This document shows, piece after piece, positions 40,211 through 48,838 of a DNA stretch of 64,000 nucleotides. Both the position numbers and the translations under genes were made by a program. The notes below the pieces were generated by a model. It saw only the letters and a list, made by a program, of their open reading frames with translations, did not search any database and was not told where the DNA came from. Position 1 is the first letter of the stretch. Each line of letters begins with the position of its first letter. The DNA is from a phage, in the NCBI GenBank assembly GCA_026066175.1, contig GCA_026066175.1_4721.2. One strand, written 5' to 3'.

Positions 40211-41347
40211 ATGTTGGAACATCTTGAGTGTTTGGACAATGAATACTTAAATTTCACCAATCGTCGTTATCGTATCTTCGAGGACGGTACCCTCTACGAT
40301 TATAAAGAGAATCGCAAAGTACCCGTCATCATCGAAGACAACAACTCTTACGTTATCATTGACTGGTATCGTGGAGTGGGTAAATACGAGCTGGGAATGA
40401 TCATACTTACGGCATTTGATCGAATCCATATCCCTAACTATCTCTACGACGAAATCGAATCTTTGTTTATTGACAACGATCCGACGAATTTCTCGTATAG
40501 TAACCACATCTATCGTTTCCGTAACGGTCCGTTAGCGGTGGAAGGGTATCCGGGGTACTACTACATCCCGTTTGCCACGTACTATGCGTTAAATGAACAA
40601 GGTGAATGTTTAAGTCTCTTGTCGGGGGAAGGTATAACGTGGACAATGACGCCACAGAACGGCACACGACGTCCAGGCTATCGATACAGAAAAGTAACAC
40701 CCGATAGTGGGTTCACAGCCCAACTGTATCGTCATCGTGCGTTGATGTTAACGTTCCGTCGTTATGATGCGAGCGTTGTAGAAATGACCGTTAATCACAA
40801 GAACGGGATTAAAGGCGATGATTGGCTGGATAACCTTGAATGGGCAACCTACAAGGAAAACAACAATCATGCGCGTATCAACGGCTTATGCGACGGTAAA
40901 GCAAAACCCGTTAAGATCTTTGATTACGTTCGTCACACCGAGCGTCAATTCAAAAGCATCGCTGAAGCAGAACGCGCTTATCCACACGTTGCAAAAGGAC
41001 GTTTCAAATGGTGGGTTGAGAATCCGCCGAAACGCATTCCAGAATGCAACCTGTACATTAAACATGCGTTCGATAACACCCCATGGCCAGAATGGAAACT
41101 GGGTGACGATCGTCGTATTGAGGATGTATCAGGTATTCCTATCATTGCACTGAACATGGTAACCGGCGAGAAACGAGTGTATCCGTCGGTTACTGCTGCA
41201 GGTAAAGATACGAAAACAAGTTGGATAACCGTAAGACGTCATTGCGATAGGCGTGTTGTTCCTGCGAAACAAGCCTGGTGCTTCCGTTATGTTGATGATG
41301 TCAAGAATATGCCGGAGTTAACCTCCCCACCAACAATCGAACAGTAA
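40211..41347 (+). mobile_element. HNH homing endonuclease ORF (379 aa from ATG 40211)
   Basis: GGAGGT SD 7 nt upstream; HNH core LYRHRALMLTF...VNHKNGIKGDDWLDNLEWATYKENNNHA (nt about 40763-40886). Confidence 0.8.
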
Positions 41348-41349
41348 CG

Positions 41350-41830
41350 ATAACAGGTCCCCCTACTTGTAATGAGTGGGTGAACTCTCTTTAATTGCTG
41401 GAAACCTTTAATGCCCCTCCACACCACAACGCAATCCGAAAGGGTAAACGTGACGGTTGTCGAAAGACAGAAAGAAGTTGGAGGGGATCACCTAAGCTGA
41501 AATAAAAGCCGTTACTTTCTGGATATGGGAAGAGTCTAACGGTGCTAAGGGTTCTGCTAGAAATAAGGTAACCGTAGCAGCGAAGACCCTACGGACTGTC
41601 GTGACCAACTCACTGAGTTGGCGTGGTGAAACACGGACAGACTACGGGTAACGTTCAACGACCATCCGGTTGCGCGGAGTAGGAGAAATAGGATGTTCTC
41701 TGAAAAGGGAGAAGTCGGTCGAGGTGTTGTAGAAACACCGTTGCTTTGCTTCGCAAACATAAGACAGGCTAAGATATGGTCTATATTAAATGTAATACTA
41801 TGATGTATAGAATTTAATGGCTCGATATTA
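41350..41830 (+). ncRNA. candidate group I intron catalytic core (or degenerate remnant)
   Basis: About 500 nt without ORF; R-like GTTCAACGACCATCC (41653-41667) and S-like AAGATATGGTCTA (41771-41783) can form P7 (GACCA/TGGTC) with a compensatory change relative to the canonical GACTA/TAGTC; Q/P-like GCAATCCGAAAGGG at 41431-41444; several local hairpins. Confidence 0.4.
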
Positions 41831-41859
41831 GCAGTTCATATCCAAATGGGCAGATCCTT

Positions 41860-42075
41860 TTGAATCTATCCAGAGCGTGCGTATTTCGTGAGCTTTCACG
41901 GATTGAGGGCGTCTCTGATTATCAATTCAGGAAGCTGGGTATTAACTTCATCACGGGCGGTAAAACGAATGCGGTTGACTTCTGCCGAATCGTTCATAAA
42001 GCCCCGTCGATGTTCGAACTGTTAGCGCATTTTGACGCGACACGTCCGAAGGAAGCGCCAAAGACCCTTGATTGA
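41860..42075 (+). CDS. small ORF (71 aa, TTG start); possibly the 3-prime exon of the upstream gene rather than an independent gene
   Basis: Open frame begins at 41818 right after the intron-like core; followed by an A11 run and a bidirectional terminator. Confidence 0.25.
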   Translation: MNLSRACVFRELSRIEGVSDYQFRKLGINFITGGKTNAVDFCRIVHKAPSMFELLAHFDATRPKEAPKTLD

Positions 42076-42100
42076 AAAAAAAAAAGAAACGCATGCGAAG

Positions 42101-42131
42101 CCCCTCCCCTGGCGGAAGCCGGAGGGAGGGG
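42101..42131. terminator. hairpin CCCCTCCCCTGGC-GGAA-GCCGGAGGGAGGGG with flanking A11/T-rich tracts
   Basis: Variant of the conserved hairpin; A-run 42076-42086 gives a U-tract for the minus-strand cluster, TTTTATGCG on the plus side. Confidence 0.6.
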
Positions 42132-42148
42132 TGGAGGTTTTATGCGTT

Positions 42149-42634
42149 TTATGCGCGTTCGCTGCTAACCATGACTTTATAATCAGCGTCGGTTAAGAAG
42201 ATAGACAGGAAGCCATGTTCTTTGCAAAGCTCACTAAGGACCTCGGTAATGATTTCATTGATCAATGGTTTATTTGCGAGAGCGTAGATATACCCATCAG
42301 TAAAAGAAAGGGCATGTTTAATCATCGGCTCATGAGACGCCAGGACAAGGATCACATGGTGTTGACCATCATCGGTAACGACCGCTTGCGTCGACACAAA
42401 GAAACCAGTGAAGCCGCATTGGTAACTGGCTTTAGGGATATATAAATCACCTAAAGCTTCGTCACGCGCTTTCATGTGGGTTTCAGGCGTGATGCTACTA
42501 AGCTGATCTTCGGCGATATCCAGAGTCTCTTCAACGGTTTTCAGAATGGCTTCTTTGAAATCCTTGCGGTAGACCTGGATAATTTCACGGTCGTTGATGT
42601 AATCGCCGGATTCGATGGTAAAGTTCAAGTTCAT
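42149..42634 (-). CDS. small hypothetical protein, tandem array member (161 aa)
   Basis: GGAG SD followed by an A-run before ATG; C-terminal EHGFLSIFLTDADYKV strand similar to the family motif. Confidence 0.7.
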   Translation of the reverse strand: MNLNFTIESGDYINDREIIQVYRKDFKEAILKTVEETLDIAEDQLSSITPETHMKARDEALGDLYIPKASYQCGFTGFFVSTQAVVTDDGQHHVILVLASHEPMIKHALSFTDGYIYALANKPLINEIITEVLSELCKEHGFLSIFLTDADYKVMVSSERA

Positions 42635-42687
42635 TTTTTTTTACTCCTGATTTATGTGTCGATTGATTGACGTATTAATTTATGTTT

Positions 42688-42706
42688 GAAGGTGCTGTTC
42701 ACCTTC
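42688..42706 (-). terminator. hairpin GAAGGTG-CTGTT-CACCTTC
   Basis: Directly after the stop of the 42708 gene; near-identical 24-mer also at 18872-18895. Confidence 0.4.
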
Positions 42707-42707
42707 G

Positions 42708-43139
42708 TTAGATATCATCCGGTGTATATTCGATGTTGTAAACGACGTAACGGTCTGACGCATGAACGACGAGCTCGACGGGGAAATCATAATGCTTGGT
42801 TTTGTCTCGAACATGCTGGGTAAAGAGATCCGTATAACGGATTAAGTCTTCCACGGTATACTCAGAAGGGAAGAAGACATCGATGGTTATTGACTTTTCA
42901 TAGAGGCGTATGACCAGCTTATCCAGAAGGTTGGCATATCGGTTACACGGGGCGACGTCCAGAAGACAGAAATCACCGTCTTCTGCGTCTCGTGGTATCC
43001 ACATCGTGGTATCTTGTAACGACGTTTCAAGGATCTCGAAAATGCAGTCTGCTGTAAGTCTTAGTTTATCTGTTATTTCACGGTTAGGTGAATAATGGTC
43101 ACGAATGCTTTTCACTGCTTCTTTGATGGAGAAAGTCAT
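42708..43139 (-). CDS. small hypothetical protein, tandem array member (143 aa)
   Basis: MTFSIK N-terminus, ILETSLQDTTMW, KSITIDVFFP, HYDFPVELVVH. Confidence 0.75.
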   Translation of the reverse strand: MTFSIKEAVKSIRDHYSPNREITDKLRLTADCIFEILETSLQDTTMWIPRDAEDGDFCLLDVAPCNRYANLLDKLVIRLYEKSITIDVFFPSEYTVEDLIRYTDLFTQHVRDKTKHYDFPVELVVHASDRYVVYNIEYTPDDI

Positions 43140-43153
43140 CGTTGATGCTCCTT

Positions 43154-43663
43154 TTAAAAGATATCAAGCCATGAGGATGGGGAAACCAGTTCGCTTGTGA
43201 AACATTGCGTACCGTCGGTATTTACCGCATGGGTAAGTTTATAAGCCTTAACGGCCGGTTTACTGCCGATGGTGAGGACGGTTGTCATGTCGAGCCATTC
43301 GGCACGATGGAGAAATGCCATATCAGCCACCTTCTGTAGACCATTTGCTTCAAAATCGATACGGTCGTTAAGCGGCATCAATCGGATTTCAATACGTTCT
43401 TTGAAGAGTTGAAACGTTACTGAAAACTCATGCGGTTTGGCATTAAGACATAAAGGCCCTCGATGGAAGTGTTGGTATGCTTCATTCTTGTTATGCTCGA
43501 AAACCCAGCAGTTGTGGACAAGAGAAGCGTCTTGTAACGAGGATTCCAGGTAGTCAAATACCTTGTTTATTGTTTGCTCGAGCAGAGACGCTAATGAATC
43601 TGGATATCCAGCAAATGCTGCTTCGGCGATCGATTTTACTGAAATGGTATTGTTCTGGTTCAT
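43154..43663 (-). CDS. small hypothetical protein, tandem array member (about 169 aa)
   Basis: Listed start 43690 is TTG; ATG at 43663 has an AAGGAA SD; YLESSLQDASLVHNCW matches the family. Confidence 0.7.
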   Translation of the reverse strand: MNQNNTISVKSIAEAAFAGYPDSLASLLEQTINKVFDYLESSLQDASLVHNCWVFEHNKNEAYQHFHRGPLCLNAKPHEFSVTFQLFKERIEIRLMPLNDRIDFEANGLQKVADMAFLHRAEWLDMTTVLTIGSKPAVKAYKLTHAVNTDGTQCFTSELVSPSSWLDIF

Positions 43664-43667
43664 CTCT

Positions 43668-44120
43668 TTATTCCTTGTCGGATTCGTCAATGTATTTGGT
43701 GTCGTAAGACATATGCTGGATTAATTTTCTAGGCTCGATGAAAATACGACACGAGATAAATACATCGGGATCATACTGCTCTACACAACGCCCGAAAACC
43801 AGCTTTGCAGTCTGGCGCATCAAGGCTATTTCCCGATCATTCATCTCATTATCGAATTCGATGTTTATCGTGATTTTATCAGGAAATAAATAGATAGAGT
43901 AATTGCCACTAATACCACCATCATCAAAACGATAATCGTTGTGGTAATGGTGAAGCTTACCGTCGTGTGTCGTCTGGTACCATCCGATGATACTATCAAG
44001 TCCCACACCCAAGCGGCGTTCGAATGCCCAATTAATAACATCCTCGACAACGGATGCGGGCGTGGGACCATTGAATAATCTATCCAGACGCTTTTTCATC
44101 GATTTGGTTTTCACGTTCAT
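43668..44120 (-). CDS. small hypothetical protein, tandem array member (150 aa)
   Basis: ATG start; C-terminal QYDPDVFISCRIF. Confidence 0.7.
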   Translation of the reverse strand: MNVKTKSMKKRLDRLFNGPTPASVVEDVINWAFERRLGVGLDSIIGWYQTTHDGKLHHYHNDYRFDDGGISGNYSIYLFPDKITINIEFDNEMNDREIALMRQTAKLVFGRCVEQYDPDVFISCRIFIEPRKLIQHMSYDTKYIDESDKE

Positions 44121-44150
44121 TGTTTCTTTTCCTGTTATAGTCGGTATACA

Positions 44151-44184
44151 GCCCTTCCCCGGCCTTGATGGCTAGGGAAGGGGC
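44151..44184 (-). terminator. imperfect GC hairpin GCCCTTCCCCGGCC-TTGAT-GGCTAGGGAAGGGGC
   Basis: Intergenic within the array. Confidence 0.4.
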
Positions 44185-44196
44185 TATGTTACGTTG

Positions 44197-44598
44197 TTAC
44201 GCTTCGCAATCAGCTGAAGATGTTGCACGCTTCTTGCCATCAAAATGCCAAAGTAGACACGCTGGGAAGAGGCAAACATCTAGAGTGCAAGGGATGTCGT
44301 ATTTTTCTTCCAGTTCGTAAAGACAATCCGCGAGCTGCTTTCGTGCATTCTCATCGTGTCGTAATGCGATATGACCTAATCGTTGTTGGTCGTTCTTTAC
44401 ATATACCTCGAAAAGTATGTGTTGTTGAAAAGCATTGATTCGTACCCCTTCAAGTATATCGGTGTCGAGCATGCGAGTAAAACTCATTGCTGTCGACGAT
44501 GTCGAGGTTTCTTGTTTAACCAGATCGATCATGGTGGGAATATACGAATGGTCGATGTTATCGACGACCGCTTTAGCGACGGAATCTGCAATGTTCAT
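44197..44598 (-). CDS. small hypothetical protein, tandem array member (133 aa)
   Basis: C-terminal KYDIPCTLDVCLF. Confidence 0.7.
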   Translation of the reverse strand: MNIADSVAKAVVDNIDHSYIPTMIDLVKQETSTSSTAMSFTRMLDTDILEGVRINAFQQHILFEVYVKNDQQRLGHIALRHDENARKQLADCLYELEEKYDIPCTLDVCLFPACLLWHFDGKKRATSSADCEA

Positions 44599-44628
44599 CT
44601 TTAATCCTTAATGTTATCGTTACCGTAT

Positions 44629-45048
44629 TTAGGTGGTTTTCGGGTTATGTTCGTATTTGACGATCGTTACTGGAATATTGCAACGGTCGAAACAGTTGAA
44701 TGAAATTGTTGTTGGGATATCGAACGCCACGACTCTGGCTTTAATATACCCGATTAAGTCGTCTTCGATAAATAAAACCTCAGGCTTATCGTTAGCATCG
44801 ACCCAAACACCAACACAGAGCTTGTCGTTATTGGTCAGTACGTTGATAGTGTATGTACTGTCGTCCATGTGAATATGCGATCTTCTACAAGAATTGAGTA
44901 GAGCAGTCGGACTATTCGCAGTCGCCCGCAACTGGTTGCTGGTCTGGATCGTGTTCAGGACATCACGTATGATGTTATCTACCAACGTAAATAGTTTCTC
45001 AGTAACGTTCTCTTTTAGAAGCTGCATCAAAGAAACAGTTGTGGTCAT
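44629..45048 (-). CDS. small hypothetical protein, tandem array member (139 aa)
   Basis: C-terminal AFDIPTTISF. Confidence 0.7.
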   Translation of the reverse strand: MTTTVSLMQLLKENVTEKLFTLVDNIIRDVLNTIQTSNQLRATANSPTALLNSCRRSHIHMDDSTYTINVLTNNDKLCVGVWVDANDKPEVLFIEDDLIGYIKARVVAFDIPTTISFNCFDRCNIPVTIVKYEHNPKTT

Positions 45049-45809
45049 TTACGATCCTCTTTAACAACAGATGTTACCCACGACGTGATGGCTGGATGAA
45101 AACAGAGGGTGAAGGTGACGGATGTTTTGTATCTCGATGCGCAGTTTCGCAGTCGTGTTTCGAAGATTCTTTTCGATTCAAGATCGTTGTTGTCGATAAC
45201 AGACAAACCGCTTACTATCCCAATAACGTTGATGCCTTTGTCTGTCTGAGTTGTGACGATGCGCCGTAACGGTTCATACTCGTAGCTGTATACGCACCCA
45301 TTCTTAGGACCGGGTGTCGAACTGGCTGCACGGGCGACGGCAACTAACATATCGACAATACGATCGATTCGAGTCCTTGCGTTGTCACTGCCGGTCTCGG
45401 TTGAGATTTCTTTCGTATCGAATATTATTACTCCGCTATCGTTAGATCCCGTGGGGAAACACATAGCTAAACGAATAGGATATTCGTACATTGAGGTTCT
45501 TTTTTGGAAAATTTCAGATAGATGTTGTTCATACGTCAACACATCAACATCATCTAGAGATGGGGGTAATACAGCCTGAATAATAACGCCGTCATCGGTT
45601 AAACCGATTCCCAGGAGACGTAGTTTATTGTCGCTTGGTACTGTTTTCTGGAGATATGCTTTACCGTTAACGATATCGGTATCCCACGTATCTTCACATA
45701 ACAAATTTTCAAACCGATCGAAAATATGGTCTACGGTATCGATGAGTTCTGTGACACGTCGTTGTTGGTTGGTTTCAATCAATTGTTGGATTCTTTCTTT
45801 GATAGACAT
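45045..45809 (-). CDS. hypothetical protein, tandem array member (254 aa)
   Basis: ATGA overlap with the downstream gene; MYEYPIRLAMCF. Confidence 0.75.
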   Translation of the reverse strand: MSIKERIQQLIETNQQRRVTELIDTVDHIFDRFENLLCEDTWDTDIVNGKAYLQKTVPSDNKLRLLGIGLTDDGVIIQAVLPPSLDDVDVLTYEQHLSEIFQKRTSMYEYPIRLAMCFPTGSNDSGVIIFDTKEISTETGSDNARTRIDRIVDMLVAVARAASSTPGPKNGCVYSYEYEPLRRIVTTQTDKGINVIGIVSGLSVIDNNDLESKRIFETRLRNCASRYKTSVTFTLCFHPAITSWVTSVVKEDRK

Positions 45810-45811
45810 GA

Positions 45812-46264
45812 TTACTCCTTAGTTCCTTCTTTGTCGGCTTTATACTCCACACAGTGGAATTCACATTCATCGATAAACCTGAGTGTTACTGTAATAGGGA
45901 AATCGCGCGGCGAAGCGGATTCCTTAAATGCGCTATCAGCAACATCAGATAACCGACGTATGGTATTTCCTCCTTTCGCCACGAACGGGAATTTAATGTT
46001 AATAAGGATACGGTGTTTGTAAATAGTAAAGACGACAGTGCTGTCGAAATGCACACCAGTTAAAGTCATTGTTGGGATGCGTTTTACGACGGAGAAATAT
46101 GTCCCGTCAATATCGCTACTTCCCACTGACCATTCATCGGAATTGCGCAGACTTCCCTTGAGGAGTTCAACGCTTTGCGTGACCACCTCAGCAACCTGTG
46201 CGACGTAGGTGTCTTTGTGCGTATCGAACAGTTCATTTACGCTGGATTTGAATGAAAAAGCCAT
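45812..46264 (-). CDS. small hypothetical protein, tandem array member (150 aa)
   Basis: MAFSFK N-terminus, ILINIKFPF, PRDFPITVTLRF. Confidence 0.75.
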   Translation of the reverse strand: MAFSFKSSVNELFDTHKDTYVAQVAEVVTQSVELLKGSLRNSDEWSVGSSDIDGTYFSVVKRIPTMTLTGVHFDSTVVFTIYKHRILINIKFPFVAKGGNTIRRLSDVADSAFKESASPRDFPITVTLRFIDECEFHCVEYKADKEGTKE

Positions 46265-46308
46265 TGCCGTGATCCTACCTTTTCTTTATCTGTGATAAAA
46301 TTGTTTAT

Positions 46309-46330
46309 GTGTTCCCTCTTACGGGAACAC
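46309..46330 (-). terminator. hairpin GTGTTCCC-TCTTAC-GGGAACAC
   Basis: Perfect 8-bp stem after the stop of the 46338 gene. Confidence 0.4.
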
Positions 46331-46337
46331 GTCATTT

Positions 46338-46847
46338 TTAACTATCGGTTTTGCTGTCCTCTGGATCGTAGCGGAATTCGAATAGTTCCGATCCGTCGTG
46401 TCCTGCTATTGTCAACATAATCGGCATGTCGAATCCTCGAGCGCGCGAATGGAGACATTGCGCTAATTTTATTTTCGCATACGCTGCTATTTCGTTGGTT
46501 GCTATACGAGACTCGCCTGAGATGCTGAGTATGATATCAATACTAACAAGGTCGTCGTGTAGCGCAAAACGCCAGCGATCGATACGGGGATTATCGGCAG
46601 CAAGCGATTCGTTTACAAGATAGACTTTTTCATCGAACGACACGGCAGGACTCCAGCATTGTTCGTTCAACAGACATGTCTGAAGTCTTGAAATCGTCAG
46701 ATCGATGATGTCCCAGCACGCAACCAGCGTCATATCGGATACGAGATTGAGAAGTTCGTGTACACGATCTTTTATTTTTAATGCCTCTCCTTGCGGACGT
46801 CCGCAAATACCGTGTGCGTCAACTTTCTTATTAACTTCGTTACTCAT
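46338..46847 (-). CDS. small hypothetical protein, tandem array member (about 169 aa)
   Basis: ATG at 46847 preferred over GTG at 46853; C-terminal GFDMPIMLTIAGHD. Confidence 0.7.
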   Translation of the reverse strand: MSNEVNKKVDAHGICGRPQGEALKIKDRVHELLNLVSDMTLVACWDIIDLTISRLQTCLLNEQCWSPAVSFDEKVYLVNESLAADNPRIDRWRFALHDDLVSIDIILSISGESRIATNEIAAYAKIKLAQCLHSRARGFDMPIMLTIAGHDGSELFEFRYDPEDSKTDS

Positions 46848-46912
46848 AATCACCTCTTTTTAATCTAAATGTTCGTTGGGATTGTTTACCATTTGGCGTC
46901 AGCTTAAAACGA

Positions 46913-47518
46913 TCACATGCTTCCCAGCACGTTCATAAGCATAGAACCCATACGGGAGCTCAAATTCGACGCGCCGGTGTATTCAGCCAGTTGGCGATAG
47001 ACCTCTTCTGGGCTGTCTTCTTCGCCGTCAGCGTTGATATAGACCGAAAAAGAGAGCAGGTCAGTATCCACGTTGACCAACAAACGTCGTTCATTACGAT
47101 CCTTCAGGTTTTCGGTAATCGCAGCTTTCAACAGATCCAATGCGTTAATTGCGCGCAGGATATCTGTATCCGGGCTCTCTAGGGTGATTTTACCTTTCAG
47201 ATCGATGTTGACTTTGGTGACTACCGGACTGAGATCGACTTTAACGTGTTTGTCGGGATTCATGCGAATAACCGCGCGGTCGATATCCGAACCGAAGAAC
47301 GCGATGGTTGGGCCCAACGCTTCGTTGTTCGGATCCATGTTTTCATCCATTCCCGCCTGCAAGAAACGTTCTACGTTATCCAATTCACGATAAACGGACT
47401 CTTCGATTTCCTTCAGGTAGTTTGCTGCGGTTTCATGTTCTTTACGTAGCTCGTCTTTAAGGAGCTGTACGGTGGTTTCACTGGAACGAATGCTGTTAGC
47501 GAATTGGGTGATAGACAT
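46913..47518 (-). CDS. hypothetical protein in array (201 aa)
   Basis: ATG start; family membership uncertain. Confidence 0.7.
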   Translation of the reverse strand: MSITQFANSIRSSETTVQLLKDELRKEHETAANYLKEIEESVYRELDNVERFLQAGMDENMDPNNEALGPTIAFFGSDIDRAVIRMNPDKHVKVDLSPVVTKVNIDLKGKITLESPDTDILRAINALDLLKAAITENLKDRNERRLLVNVDTDLLSFSVYINADGEEDSPEEVYRQLAEYTGASNLSSRMGSMLMNVLGSM

Positions 47519-47572
47519 CTCGAATTCCTTAAATTTCTTAGATTCAATTAATGATGGAAAGCAGAAAAAAAT

Positions 47573-47590
47573 GGTGGGGCGAACCCCACC
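47573..47590 (-). terminator. intrinsic terminator GGTGGGG-CGAA-CCCCACC followed by a U7 tract on the minus strand
   Basis: 7-bp GC stem, GNRA-type loop, A-run 47565-47571 on the plus strand. Confidence 0.65.
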
Positions 47591-47613
47591 AAAACGTCAG
47601 ACACACGCAAAAA

Positions 47614-48039
47614 TCAGTTCAATGACGTGTACAACGCATAACGGCTATAAATCTCGACCGTTGGTCCATTATGGGTTAACAGACCATCCCGGTTGTAGTA
47701 CTGGAAAAACGAATAACGTTTATCGAAGCGGTAGACAAAAGCAATGTCTTTACCAGCAAGACCGGTAATGTTTGGTTTGTTTTTGTCTAACAGCGCTTTG
47801 ACGTTTAACAACGTTGCCGCACGTTCTTTAACGTTAGGGATCAAGCCATCACAATCGATATAAACGGTGTAGCCTGTTTCAGATGTTGCGACTGTCGTAT
47901 TTTGATCGATGCGAAAGATTTTCGTGTTATGCGCACCATCTTCAAGAATCGGATTCTGCTTTTCATATTGACGAGAATCCAAATATGTTTCAACGTGATC
48001 GCGAATAATTCCGATATACCCGAATACTTCTCGTACCAT
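47614..48039 (-). CDS. small hypothetical protein, first gene downstream of the promoter-like repeat (141 aa)
   Basis: ATG start. Confidence 0.7.
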   Translation of the reverse strand: MVREVFGYIGIIRDHVETYLDSRQYEKQNPILEDGAHNTKIFRIDQNTTVATSETGYTVYIDCDGLIPNVKERAATLLNVKALLDKNKPNITGLAGKDIAFVYRFDKRYSFFQYYNRDGLLTHNGPTVEIYSRYALYTSLN

Positions 48040-48099
48040 CTTGACATCCTCTTATATTGGATTGATTACGGTTTGTTAAAAAGATAAGATACTTTACTC

Positions 48100-48131
48100 T
48101 TATCACTAAGGTAATATAGTCGTGAAATAAA
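48100..48131 (-). promoter_or_regulatory. second copy of the 32-nt TATATTAC-containing promoter-like repeat
   Basis: Identical to 7855-7886; 60-90 nt upstream of the 48039 start. Confidence 0.45.
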
Positions 48132-48160
48132 TTGTGTTATACGTGAATTAACAGCATAAG

Positions 48161-48219
48161 CCCTCCTCCCCATCCTCCCAACCCGTAAGGGAAGGGAGGA
48201 TGCAAGGGAAGGAGGAGGG
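48161..48219 (-). terminator. extended nested version of the conserved palindromic hairpin
   Basis: Outer CCCTCCTCCC/GGAGGAGGG around inner CATCCTCCCAACCCGTAAGGGAAGGGAGGATG. Confidence 0.5.
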
Positions 48220-48225
48220 TAGAGA

Positions 48226-48642
48226 TTAAATATCGTGGATGGCGGTGCCGTTTAACCAGCAGTACAGCTTAACGCGACAGGGATAACGATTCGCAGCTAA
48301 GAGTAATTCATCACGCAAACGTTGATAGACTCCATCTTGATGTTCTCGAACGATAGGGTAATCAGCCCAACATTCGATCATCACGTCACCATTAGCCAGG
48401 ATCGTCGTACGCATCCTGTCCTGGATACGACGGTCTTTCTCAGCATTAGGGAGATACATTCCTTCAGTACGAATAAGGTCACCACAAGGCATGGTTAACC
48501 ATTCATTCGTCTTACCGGTGTTCTTATAATCCATCACAGCTTGCATTGCAGTGTCAACGCTAAAAGAAACATAATTCCAAACAGGTGTCCAGTAGGCGGA
48601 CTGGGGAATAAAGGTTGCAGGTTGTTCAAGTGTTTCGTTCAT
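48226..48642 (-). CDS. small hypothetical protein (138 aa)
   Basis: ATG start; C-terminal RYPCRVKLYCW. Confidence 0.7.
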   Translation of the reverse strand: MNETLEQPATFIPQSAYWTPVWNYVSFSVDTAMQAVMDYKNTGKTNEWLTMPCGDLIRTEGMYLPNAEKDRRIQDRMRTTILANGDVMIECWADYPIVREHQDGVYQRLRDELLLAANRYPCRVKLYCWLNGTAIHDI

Positions 48643-48696
48643 GGAGTGCTTTTCCTATTTTTATTTTCTGCACAGGATAAATTCAACAGCATAATA

Positions 48697-48729
48697 CCCT
48701 TCCCTACCCTTATATGGGGCGGGGAAGGG
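48697..48729 (-). terminator. imperfect GC hairpin CCCTTCCCTACCC-TTATAT-GGGGCGGGGAAGGG
   Basis: Intergenic; degenerate relative of the conserved hairpin. Confidence 0.35.
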
Positions 48730-48838
48730 CTTATGACCGCAATGAGAATCTCTCACGACAAGCTCACAACGATTATCGCGTAACCCTGCGAGTAAGGGAG
48801 ATTCGGATCACCTCCTAACGGGAGCTACCCAAAATCTT

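Noticed and set aside
41600-41625. Possible tRNA anticodon-like stem-loop CCAAC-TCACTGA-GTTGG
   Set aside because: Position 33 is C rather than U and no flanking D or T arms (GTTCRA) form a cloverleaf; more consistent with an intron helix. No convincing tRNA elsewhere in the intergenic regions.
41818-41845. Peptide LDISSSYPNG resembling PolB motif A (DxxSLYPS)
   Set aside because: Preceded by an in-frame stop and not followed by motifs B or C within the 85-codon frame; likely coincidence. Noted only because it would matter if this is an exon.
48784-48797. GGATCACCTCCT, identical to the 16S rRNA 3-prime anti-SD region
   Set aside because: No rRNA context; on the minus strand it reads as a strong SD but no start codon lies at usable spacing; treated as chance.
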